Shown: piece after piece, positions 10,266 through 21,300 of the stretch
How positions within the stretch are numbered: the first letter of the stretch is position 1
Layout: every line of letters begins with the position of its first letter
Assembly (NCBI GenBank): GCA_000708835.1
Contig: DF237242.1
Location: forward strand, 1 to 64,000
Reading direction: 5' to 3'
DNA length: 64,000 nt
From: Klebsormidium nitens
Taxonomy: Eukaryota > Plantae > Klebsormidiophyceae
Translations under genes and position numbers: made by a program
The notes under the pieces: generated by a model
The model's database searches: none
Seen by the model: the letters and a program-made list of their open reading frames with translations, nothing else
What the model was told of the DNA's origin: nothing

Positions 10266-10568
10266 TCAATCATGAAAGGCAAATTGACATGGTAACGTCG
10301 TTTGCTTGGGTTCGCAAGGCAACTCGAAATGATTTCTCTCTTTGATAAGTTGTGCATCTAGAAGCTTCTTTATGGTACTTGCTCGTACTATCTTTCCTTG
10401 CTTGTATCGATTGAGAGCCTTCTTCAAACACACCACATCTTTGTTCGAGTCGTAATATCGTTTTGACCCTTTACGAAACAATTCCGGATGCTTGTATCGA
10501 TACTCCTTCTCATACATGCGCCTATGTGTGGTGGTGGATTGTGGTGGAGCCTTGCAAGAAGCCATCAT
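10266..10568 (-). CDS. Small basic protein (putative DNA-binding) upstream of the PrimPol-helicase
   Basis: KRYYDSNKDVVCLKKALNRYKQGK..STIKKL; basic, co-oriented with the helicase. Resembles small ORFs of PLV/virophage-like elements (recollection only). Confidence 0.5.
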   Translation of the reverse strand: MMASCKAPPQSTTTHRRMYEKEYRYKHPELFRKGSKRYYDSNKDVVCLKKALNRYKQGKIVRASTIKKLLDAQLIKERNHFELPCEPKQTTLPCQFAFHD

Positions 10569-10625
10569 TATAGAAGTAACACTAGATGAAACAACATGGA
10601 GATTCGACGAGAAGAATCTACCACG

Positions 10626-10818
10626 TGTACCACCTCGAGCGGGGGTTTTTCTTCAAAATATTTCTTGGTGTCGGATGTTCTCTGGCAACTCAAAAGATGG
10701 TGGGACAGGTGGTACGATGGTATGTATGATTGTTTATCTAGTAGAATATGCTTGTATGTATTATACTATATATATATATAGTATATATATATAATATAGG
10801 TGGTACAAAGGTGGTACA
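10626..10818. promoter_or_regulatory. Candidate replication origin / element end: inverted AGGTGGTAC(A) iterons around an AT-rich palindrome
   Basis: tgtaccacct at 10626-10635 (reverse), aggtggtac at 10707-10715, aggtggtaca at 10798-10807 and 10809-10818. Perfect 24-bp palindrome tatactatatatatatatagtata at 10762-10785. Confidence 0.45.
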
Positions 10819-11012
10819 GAAAGATTGGTTCTTAGCTTCCCACACAATTCACAAAACAACATGATAAAATCGCAAAAGACATTGCAAGAGAGAACCCGGC
10901 CTGGCTTCGAGATCAATATGATAAAGATCTTCGAAGAGCGTCAGATGGATATTTGAGCTAGAAGCTACTACAAGCATTTGATATAACTCGTTAGCATCAC
11001 ATAGACCACGAA

Positions 11013-14000
11013 TCAATAATTTAGCAAACGAACCCTGACTGCAGGGGTCCACCTATCAGCTCTGCCGGCAATAAGAATCTTTGCATCATCTACCCTCGTC
11101 AACTTAGCGTTTCTACCCGATATAAGGTTTGGAAGAATGATCATATATGCATCTAAACTAGAATACCAGCCTAACGTTTTGAAGCTTATTAAGAACGAGT
11201 TGCAACTCTCAACGGCAGATGTGTTCACCCATCTTACTGGGTCGTAGTAATCTGGGTTAAAGGATGGCCCGCACTTGTGTGCTTCACCGCACCCGGTTTT
11301 TTGGAAGTGAAATCTGCACACACACAAAGAAGCCAAGGTTATAGATGCTTGCACTAGCAGTATCAATAATCATCTCTCTCGAATGCAGTATTGCCTTGGG
11401 TACTCTGTCTAGATACCGTTTGTGAAAGGACTGGCTTCTTACAGCCAGATGCTCATGCATGAAACGTGTCAAGCGCTTGGGTAGGTTGTCTCAAACAAAG
11501 TACAGGCATTATTTTAGTAAGACGTTGCCTAGCAGATTATAACTCACCTGTCGACCAGAAACCGTACATCAGCAAAGAACGCCGGCTCGCGGCGCATGCA
11601 GTAGGCGTGCAGCTTGCAGGCATTGTCGTAGATCAAGTAGCGAGGAAGGTGGTGCCGGTGCAGGCGCGTGTAAAGAACCGTAAAAGGATCACGCGGAGAC
11701 TCCCCTCGCAGCATCACATGGAATCCATAGATTACTCGGTGGGGGCAGCAGAACACAAAGCCCCCCTTGGTGTGTTGCTGAAGCCTTTTGGCGGACTTGC
11801 TTCCGCTTTCAGCGGCAATCTTGGCATCGAACGCCCCCACCGTGAGTCCGGTCTTACACCGATGCTCCTCGCTCCGATCCACCGACGTGCCCAGCTCGTC
11901 CTCAAAAGGCTTGTACTGAGGAGTAGGTCGTAACTGTTCCCATCCGGGCAAAGGGTAGCAGCCTAATGCTCGTTGCTCTTGTCCGAAGGGATGGTTTGGA
12001 GGGAGGGATTGGGGAAGGTTTCCGTCCGGTTGCAAGCCCAGGCGCTCATTCAAAAGCACGCTCTCTGCTTGGTTGAGAGGGTATACCTCCGGGGGCGGGG
12101 GTTTTAAAGTCTCGACTCCTGGAAGCAGCATGTTTGCTCGGGCCTTCCAAAATGCATAAGCTTGCTGCCGGTCATCGTTCCACCATGCCCCCGGCTCTGA
12201 CATGCGAGACCGTTCCAGCCAAACACAGAGGTCGAGCCCTTCAACTGCCGAGTGCGCCCAACCAGCCCGGCCCACCCCAAGCCCCACTGCCCCGCGGCCA
12301 AAAAGAGTTAGCCGGTACAAATGGTGGAGCGCCGGCAGGAAGTAGGTGGGAAAGAAGTCACCAGAGTGATCGAGCAGGCGCCGAAGAATGGGGGCATGCT
12401 CTGCTAGGATCACCTTATTCCCCGCACTAGCAGCTTCCCCGAGCAGCATTTTTCTGACCACACCAAGCGCCAAACCGTGCCGGATAGGGTTGCTGTCATC
12501 CGAGACCCCGAAAGGTGCCCCTAACCCGTAGAGAACCTCTCTCCACTGCTTAGGACACCTGATGGGCTGGTGGCCGCCACCCGCAATCACCTCCGCCTCT
12601 ATGCCCTCAAGTAATGTGAGGACCGCTCGGTTCTTCAATCTGATTTGGCCGATCTGGTCGGTGAGGATCCGACGCCTCCAATGAAAGAGCATCGGGTCTT
12701 CATCTTCGCCATAGTCGGTGATCCTCATAAAATCGGACACGACCTCCACATCGTCTCGCTCTAGCGCCACCTAGCATGATATCAAGAATCTTGATCAATT
12801 CTTTTAGATTACGGATCCCGTTAACCAGAGTCTGAAACATCAAGGCTCTGCAAAAGACTTGTGTCGTGAAGGAAGTTCGAGGAGGAAGGCGTCTACCCGG
12901 TAGATGGCTTGGCAAAGTTCCCAGGACGAGGGCAGATTGACACGCCGGTTACTGATGCGAGGGGCAGTCAATGGCGCTGAGGGCTCAAAAAAAGCACATC
13001 TCTTTCAGAGTTCAATGGGCTTTGCTGCCGTTATTGGGACGGTGAATCCGTCAAGGACCTGGAGGGACCTTGCCAAACGGTTTTGAGGAGGAAGAGTTAC
13101 ACTTTGCGTATTCCCTGAAAAAGTTCCCAGGGCGAGGGCGTAGAAAATCTGGTCCGAACTATCTAAACGCTTTGTGAGCGAAGGTATCGGGTCGTCCTAC
13201 ACCTTCTCGGGGCACGGGCAAGTTCCCAAGGCAAGGGCAGAACGACACGACGGTTACGAACGCGAGGGGCGTGGCCACCATCATCATTAGTCTGGGCGGT
13301 CCACGCGCCGCAAAGTTTTGCAGAAGTTTGCCAACATTGTCCGGCAATGCATGTGAAATCAGAACAGCTTCACAAGGGAGGAAAGACTTCAAAGAACCGG
13401 CCCTCCAAAATCTTTATAATCCCCACTCACCAGGAGTTCGTCGTACTCTTTGTTGCAGAGAGGATCTCCGGGATGATGCTGGCTAAACCTTGCCAGAAGC
13501 GCCCGCACTTCAGGTTGGTGAACCAGCCGACGCTTGAGTCCATGTCCATCTAGTGCCACAGAGCAGAAATTGGTACCCGCCTCCATTGTTTTCACAACCG
13601 GCGCGCCGGCCTCATCTCGGCTGGGCGCAGTGAAAGGCCTCACCTGACAAAAAAGTGCACTTGCATGGGATGTATAATGTACACTAGAAGCTAGACCAGA
13701 GCCGATTTGGGTATCCGCAGATGGTTGGCTTTGCTACAACAACGGAAGATCGGGACAAACCTGAAAAGGACAGAAGAATTGTGCAATAGAAGTCAGCTTT
13801 TTGAAGAACAACCCATGCAAATCACAGACAGATGGAGACATGGAGATTCAAAAGGCGGGAATTTAAGCTCTCACCCCCTCCGTGCTCGTACCAGCCAAAC
13901 CCCCCTTTTGCCGGCCCCCGTCAGCACACGCAAGCCCTGCGATTCCGTCGCAGAGCATCACCTCCGGATGAATGCCACATATGCTGCAACACTCTAGAAT

Positions 14001-17000
14001 TGAGCGGCCGCAGAGACGGAAGAAGGCCAAACTGGCCTTGCGCCAGCTCTCCTCCGACAACGATACGCCCCCAGGACTATAGAGCCGGCGAACCTCCTGT
14101 TCGCTGGCAATCAGGGCGTTGGTGGCGGAGCCCGTATTTTGAATAATCCGAAGTAGCCGCTGGCAAGATTCCTGCGTGACGATCACGTTTCTGGTCCACG
14201 TGTACAGCCCCAGTGACTCGCCGTTGTAGTAGATGGTGTGGGCCTCCGGGCAGGCGCAGCAGTAGATTCGGGTTTTGACCTGCAGGAGCATGTCAAAGAA
14301 TTGTTCAAATAAAGATATTGCCATTTCAAACACCAGAAAGTTTGAAAAACACTGGAGAGCATGCACTGAGTCTCTAGACTCGCTCATTTCCACCGGAGGT
14401 TTGTTATGGTGTCCCTGGTGTCCTTGGTGTCCCAAATGTCCATGTCCATGTCCAACTTCTCGGTCGAGCTCAAAAGTAACATGTTGCAAACACAGTCTCT
14501 AGAATACTCATTTCGACTGGAGATTTTCTTATGATGTCCTTGGTGTTCTTGGTGTCCCAAGTGTCCATGTGTCCCAAGAGCCATTTGAAGAAACTTACTT
14601 GTTGCTCTGAGCTCACCTCTTGCGACCAGGCCAGTGAGTGGATGTGGGCACTCTGATCCAAGCCCTTCCAAGTTGTCCCGCAAGGGGGCCTCTCCTTCGG
14701 GCAAGGTGCGCACAAACAACCCATGTTGCTCAAGTCCTCGAAGTCCGGGGCCCCAAGCTGGCTAACCGTCCGTGGTCGTTTTAGCAACAACACAAGGGGG
14801 TCATGCACCTCCCAGCTGTCCGTTGAACGCACTCGCTTTGGGATCTCCACCTGGACGCCCTCAGCGCTCTGTGGCATGACCGGAGCCACGCGATGGCCCA
14901 TGTCGCTATGTGTGCATGTCGTGCTTGGGCAAACACAGCTTGCGCAGACCCTGACAAACCCTTGTACAGCATCCTTCCCAAGTTCGACTCTCTTGAAACC
15001 CGGTGCGTCCGCGACCCTTGCTTTTCCATTCCCCCTGTCTTCTCCACTGCTGACCCTGTGCTTCTCTGTCTCATCGCCGTCTAGTCCACCTCTACCCTCA
15101 CTACACTCTACTCTTTCTCTTTCCGCTTCCGCCGCCTTCTTCATTTTCTTCGACGCAAAGTATGACTTTGACCGCCCTTTTACGTGCCTGTCCGACCCTC
15201 TGATTGATGCCCCTTCCTCCGATTCGGTTCTTTGCCGCTTTCTGGATTGCCACACCCTCCTGGGCCTCTGGGCCCCCCGAGCAGCAGACGTCGGCGCAAG
15301 GGGCACGTTCCAAAACAAAACCACCAAATAACCCCGGGCTTTGCTTGCAAAAGCACGACTCGCCATTACAGACCGCTGGCTCGTGTTGACCATTAGCAGC
15401 GGCTAGCTGGAAAAGGTACTTCTCGAGTTCCAGCATGCCATCTGCTGGCACCCCCGCTGGCGCCGCCTTACTTCTACTTTGAGGGGTTTCCAGGGAAGGC
15501 GCCTCTTTACTACCGTCCGTGGGCAACTCCCATTCTCTCCGCAGTATCCAACTCTCAGCCTGCTTCAGCTGTTCGACCCCGAGTAGAACCCCTTCAACCG
15601 ATTCTACCCCTTCTCGTTTCTGCAGGCAGCTCTTCACCGCGTTAATGTGACCGCAGTCTGCTGTGGGGCTGCACCCACTCTGTCTGCCCTCACAATACCA
15701 TTTGGACTCCGCGCTTTCATCAAAGTGCACCATCGACCGCTTTGGAGAGGGAGACCCTGCGTTCCATGTGACTGCAAAAACTCTCTCCGTTCCCCGAGCG
15801 CATGGCACTTCCACCACTTGCCGCCCCTTTTGAAGCAGTAGATGAGTGCTCTGTCGTCGCCTCTCGACGGCCGCCTCTAACACAAGCTTGTGCACGCAAA
15901 CGGCCCCGGATCCCAGCCGTCCCCGGTCACATGTGCAGCTGGGCTCTCCGGTTGTATCCCAATACACTGTCTCCAGCAAAGCTCTACTCTTGCTAGGGCG
16001 CCCAAGTGGCTTGGCTCTGCCATAGTTGTGGTTCCAAGCGGTCATAAGGTAGACCCCGCAGCTGCCCACGTCTCCACCGGACTCTTCCGGCATCCCGACG
16101 TTATAGATCTGGCACGTGCCTTTTGAGAACCCGGCTAGATAATGAACTGCTTGTGTGGTGAGGGTTGGACGTCCTTCTGGGTCACGTTGAGCGCTAGTCT
16201 CCAAGGGATTGACACGTGCCTTGGACTGCAGGAACGATAAAACCCACTCAGCAGCCCAATTCAAGTGCCTTCAGCTCCCGGTCCAAATTTGCTACATGCT
16301 ATTGTCAATGGAAGAATTTTCCCACAAAATGCCTGCAGCCCAGCATTCAAAACAAGCAGACGGTCCGGTGATGCAATGCACATCCTGTCAGTTTGACGGC
16401 GAGTCATTTATTGTGACCCAGCGCAACAGCACCGAATTCATCATTGGGTCATCAACTGTCCGAATGCTGCAATTGACTATAGCAAACTAGCTTTTAGAAC
16501 TCTGCAATCGAAATCACAAGATGCGCACAGAAGACTAACACTTACCGGCAAGCTGCGCTGAACATTTCCAGCGACGCGACCCCTGTTTAGCGCAGACTCA
16601 GCGGCTGTTTTTGCTTTCTTTCCCGTGACCTTGGCTTTGTCCTCTGCATTCTGTCTCTGAATGTCTACAACCTGCTCGGCTGACAAGACCTTGACTTGCG
16701 TCCATGCGTCTTGTTTTGTAGCGCGCTTAAACCATTCTTCCGGCAATGTGCCAAGCTGAACGATAGTGACCGATGTTTCCGTTACTTGCACAGTTCCAAC
16801 CCAGCGTTCAATGCATCCAAGGCAGATCGGCTGTGACTTGATCTTGCACTTGATATCGGAGCCGGATATAGCAAAGCCTGCGAGCTGCGCTTTGATCTGA
16901 GACTTCCGGAATGATATGCACATGCCCTCTCTATGCGATTTCAACAGGGCTTGCTTGCAACAAATGCACTTGCAGGCAATCTCTGCAGGGTCAAGTTTAG

Positions 17001-17045
17001 CTGGGTCTACTATGTACTTTCCCCGTTGAACCAGATTCCAATCTG
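11013..17045 (-). mobile_element. KDZ (Kyakuja-Dileera-Zisupton) transposase gene, multi-exon and decayed, with SWIM-like Zn fingers and a CxC-like domain
   Basis: KDZ core HTKGGFVFCCPH..GFHVM..GESPRDPF..YTR..LIYDNACKL..REP..VDR|FH...H.C...NTSAVESCN, across intron 11314-11547. CxC-like CGTTW...WSQE|VKTRIYCCAC..YYNG..CCSICGIHPEVMLCDG across intron 14280-14616. SWIM-like CTC...CVH and WYC...C...CGH in 15101-16264. Intron 16487-16545. In-frame stops at 16271, 16292 and 16388, plus frameshifts. Confidence 0.85.
14400..14580. repeat. Second copy of the GGTGTCC-based ~115-bp tandem repeat, inside a KDZ gene intron
   Basis: ttatggtgtccctggtgtccttggtgtcccaa...gagctc...gtctctagaat...cgactggaga aligns with 1330-1470. 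Confidence 0.9.
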
Positions 17046-18385
17046 AAGGAATAATGCGCTCTCTCCACCTGCTTGCTCCATCCCGACCAGCCCCCGGTGC
17101 TCAAGTGGACTTGGAAATTGCCCGGATGATTCTTGACAGATGTCCGAATTGGAGCTCGTCGAACGCAATTTGGTGAAAGTATGGGATTATTGGAATATGA
17201 CATTCCCTATATACGCTCCTAAAAAGCAAACTCGGGGCCAACTCGGGCACCCTCGGAACGCACCGCTTCGATGCACCGACCAGGTCGTCGGTTGGGCCGG
17301 CTCGAGCCACGTGGTAGTACATGGGAAGCCAAGTTGTGCCCCTAAATTGTCGTCAAGATCCATAGAACATGCTTCGGGGGACGGTAACGGAAATCCTCTT
17401 CGGTACTATGCTAGAGAATTATGGCAGCTGCCGGTAAATTATCAGATTGATGCTGCTCGGCCGTCCGATATGCCCCGCGTTGAAAGCAATGGCTACGATG
17501 GCCCAAAAAAATGCCAACGATCTCTTGGTGACCTCGCAAACCCTGCTGCAGGGGCGCCATTTCGCGGACGACACATGTGATGGACGGTTCACAATGGACC
17601 ACGGTCCCGGTCCAATCATATACATGTTTAGTTTTACGGTTTACCGCGAGGTTACCGCAAGGTCACGGCCGCCCACGGGGTCGGTCACGCGGGTTCGGTT
17701 TGGTCGGAAGAACGTTCCAACTTCCTGATCCCCCGCTCTAGTGGGCCTCAGGCTCTGGCCGGAGGACCAGAAGAACCGGTAGGACGGCCACTGAGCGGGC
17801 GTAACATGATGAAATATTGAACGGTTATAGTGAGGTTTGCGTCAACCAGGATCATGATACCGAACAATTTCTAACCTAAGTACAGCCGAGATCGAAACGC
17901 CGGGTCATGCGGTAGGTTCAAGTTGGTGTGGCCCCGGCACAGGCCCTGCACACTCCGAGTGCAGGCTCTTGCAACTCCGATACTCTAGAGCTGTTGTCAT
18001 TGTAAGCGATCGCATTGCATGGTTTTGTCAGGCGCATCCGCAATACCCGTGCCAGTGCAATGCGCAATGAGCACCCAAGCAACACCCAGTTGCTTGTGGC
18101 ATGTCGGCTTGGGCACTTAATGAGGTTCATCGGTGAAGACCAACTGTGCCCGTCACTGTACTCAAATAATGTATCTATGTTCATAGAGCTGTCAAGCTCG
18201 TTGCAACTTCTCGCATTGCTACGTCCTCTCCGAGACCTCTTCCTAACGAATACTGACTGAAAACACTCTCGAATGTGAAAGTTTACCTTGAATACCAAGA
18301 AAGTACTGACTACTCATGTCCGACAAAGCTTGTGCAAAAACAATGACTATGCAAGCGGTGCGGCAAACCATGGTTACCTATGTCT

Positions 18386-21300
18386 TTAGGAAGGCGGGTT
18401 TAAACTCTCATCGTCACTGTTGTATTGCGCAAGTCGCTGGATTTGGGATTCTAGGCTTTTTGACTCTCCATAGAAATGGCCCATCTTTATCCTTTTAGTC
18501 GTCATGTACCGCTCGTTGTCAGCGTTGATGGGTCCCGTGACTGGAACTCGTTCAGTGATCGCAAGGCCATAACCCTGCGATTGAAGATTGAAGGTTTCAG
18601 AATGACTTCCACCGCCCTTTCACGCTTCAAGTGCGTACACCTTAGGATATGACAAACCCACGCATTCGCAAACCCCTCTTTCTTAGTGTTACACACAGAA
18701 ATTTCTTCTGCGACGTAAACTAGAAACAAACCAGAGAGGAAGTAGACAAGCAATTTCGAACTTATTAAAGAGACTGACGTCAGAAATAAAGGTCTGACAT
18801 GCACACACAATTTCCCTTTGTTTATTCCTCTCTCACGTTCAGACCAAGCCAAAGCGAGCCTTAACAGAGATGCACAAACGGGGCAGCCAGGCTCAAGAAA
18901 GATGCACAGAGAAGGCAGCCATAAGGGAGATGATCGCGTAAGGGGGGGCTGTCGGTCAATAGCAGATGGCTCACCCGAAGTCCCTGGAACTTAGCAGGAT
19001 TGTTCGTCATCAACCTCATCGTACGGACGCCGATGTCTCTGCAAGCACGGGCATGCCACGTCAGCGGGGATATGTAGCTAAGTGCGACGCCACATGAGCA
19101 GATGTTTTGCTGGACGCAATGAAGGAGCGAGGGCAAAGGAACCACGCACAGATGCTCTGACAGGTGAAGTCAAAATCCATCAAGGAAAAAAGCCTCGTTG
19201 CTTCTTAAGGGACAACTTTCTGGCAGGCATCTGAAGAGGCACCCTGCACTTCTTAGGTTGGACCCTTCGCAGACACAAGCCTGCATCAATCAAAACACTC
19301 GCAATGGACTTCGCCGGTCTCAAAAACAATGTGAAGCCTACATTTCGACAACACAGACGGCTCATCCACTTCAACTCAACGAGACATTGGAGGCTGCCTC
19401 TTGCTGCGGCAATATTATTGCGGAACCAAGACCGTAAAACGACTACTCGTGGCAGGTCCGCTTATATGGGAGTCCCTGACATCAGCGTGACTCTTCGATT
19501 TTCGAATTCCAGGCACATATGGACCTTCAGACGAGGGGCCGATGGTCTCATCCTGATTTACACAATCCCAGATAATGATAGCACACCAACAGAATTAGTT
19601 CTCACCGCAGTATATGCGCGCCGACTCCATATTCTCGAGAGTCGATGGGCAGCCCCAGATCCACGTTCGCTTCCACGGTGTCCCTGCCCTTATCTTGCAG
19701 ATTATACGCCAGCAGTTTGTGGCCTAACCCAATTCCCCGCCCCTCCTGACCCCGCAAGTATACCACCACGCCCCGGCCCGCCTCCTCAATCTTCCGCAGC
19801 GCTAGATGCAACTGAAAAACGAGAAGGAAAGAACGATGAGCGAAGTCACAATTGTGTAGGAAGTCAGACTCTGCATTTCGAGTGGAGGAGTGCATGTGAT
19901 AAAGGCGAGAGGTGGATTCTTAGGGGGGAGTGAAGTCCTAGCATGATCGAACGTGTGAATCCATGGAGGGGCACACGGTCTCCGTCCTATGTGGTACTCA
20001 GAAAGCGCTCAACCCTTTGCCGCTACAGGACGGAAAGACTAGTCTTCAAGTGAGGAGGTCGGACCCCTTTTCCGCAGACGCAGGACCCGCTTTGGCTCGA
20101 AAACGAAGATGACAAGAGAACGCTATGAGAACACAGGCCCGTAGGAATGTATCTGATTGCAATGGTCGCAGCGCCAGCTCGCAAAGATATCCCCCGGAAG
20201 ACACTTGCCTTCCAACTACAAGGGGGCTCCAAATTAGCCGAGGGCTTGAAGGTATCACAAGAAAGAGCGCACTAACAACCACCGCTCAACAAAACATACC
20301 TGATTGCCACAATCGCATCGCCGGCTCGCAAAGATGTCGCCCGTGAGGCACTCGCTGTGCACTCGCACCAGCACGTTCAGCCCGTCCCCAATGTCACCCT
20401 TCACGATCGCCGTGTGCTCGATGCCATCGATCTTGGACCGGTACGCATACGCCTGAAACCGTCCGAACTCGGTCGGCAGCCGCGCGACTGCGGTGCGCAC
20501 AACGAGCTGCTCCCGTTTCCGCTTGTACCGAACCAGGTCTGAGATGGAAATAAGGGGCAGGTTTTCCTTGGCCGCAAGCGCCTTGAGCTCCGGGAGGCGC
20601 GCCATGCCTAGTTTGTCCGCCGTGACCACCTCGCACAGCGCGCCGGCGGGAGGCAGCCCCGCAAGGTCCGCCAAGTCCACCGCCGCCTCCGTGTGGCCCG
20701 CCCGCTGCAGAAAACGACTGGCTGACATCAGCGACGCGGGTCGAACCAGCTTTTTCTCCTCGCCCCATTCCACTCAGGAGTGGACTCGGGGAGCATATCG
20801 TTTCGGCACAATTTCAAGGAAAGGCCCTGGAACCGCAGCTAAAAAGTGTGGTGCAACAGCCTTTTATTGACACACCGAGATCCGAAGGACAACATAGTGA
20901 AGAAACGAAGGGGGAACAGGAGATGCGAATCTTGAGAACCCCTTTTGTCACGTCATTCAAACAGCCAGACCCGAACCTTCTGACCAGAAAGCAGAGAAGG
21001 ATAAACGTCAAGAGAGGAACACTACTGGAGGGACAAACAAGCTAAACATCCGTATCTCCACCCCCTGTTCACTCTTCCGCAGCACAGAGCGAGTGTGCCT
21101 GAAAAGCGCAGAAGTTATTGAAGCCCGAAAAGGACATCCTCTCCAGGGAAGGGGGTAACGTGGCACACCTTGAGGACCCCCCCTTCCCGATACCGCAGCG
21201 GTAGAATGTGTCCCGGCCGCCGGAAGTGCTCTGGTTTTGAGTCGGGGTCACACAGGGCCCTGAGCGTGTTTGCGCGGTCGGAGGCAGAGATGCCGGTGGA

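Larger units (their letters stand above)
3140..10830. mobile_element. Endogenous virus-like / satellite-like integrative element (tyrosine recombinases + PrimPol-SF3 helicase + DNA-binding proteins); boundaries approximate
   Basis: Dense, intronless, visibly AT-richer block of viral-type ORFs between the spliced D5 gene and the KDZ transposase. No att, TIR or TSD was identified. Confidence 0.65.

Noticed and set aside
3140-10830. Calling the module a complete PLV, virophage or Polinton
   Set aside because: No major capsid, minor capsid, packaging ATPase, protease or pPolB ORF was recognised.
14723-15331. 202-aa plus-strand ORF (also 6867-7520, 11466-11933, 23583-23939)
   Set aside because: These are antisense shadows of real coding sequence on the opposite strand.
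10830-17800. Terminal inverted repeats/TSD for the KDZ element and a TET/JBP cargo gene
   Set aside because: I could not match the ends by eye. ORF 17140-17580 shows no 2OG-Fe dioxygenase motif and is probably spurious.
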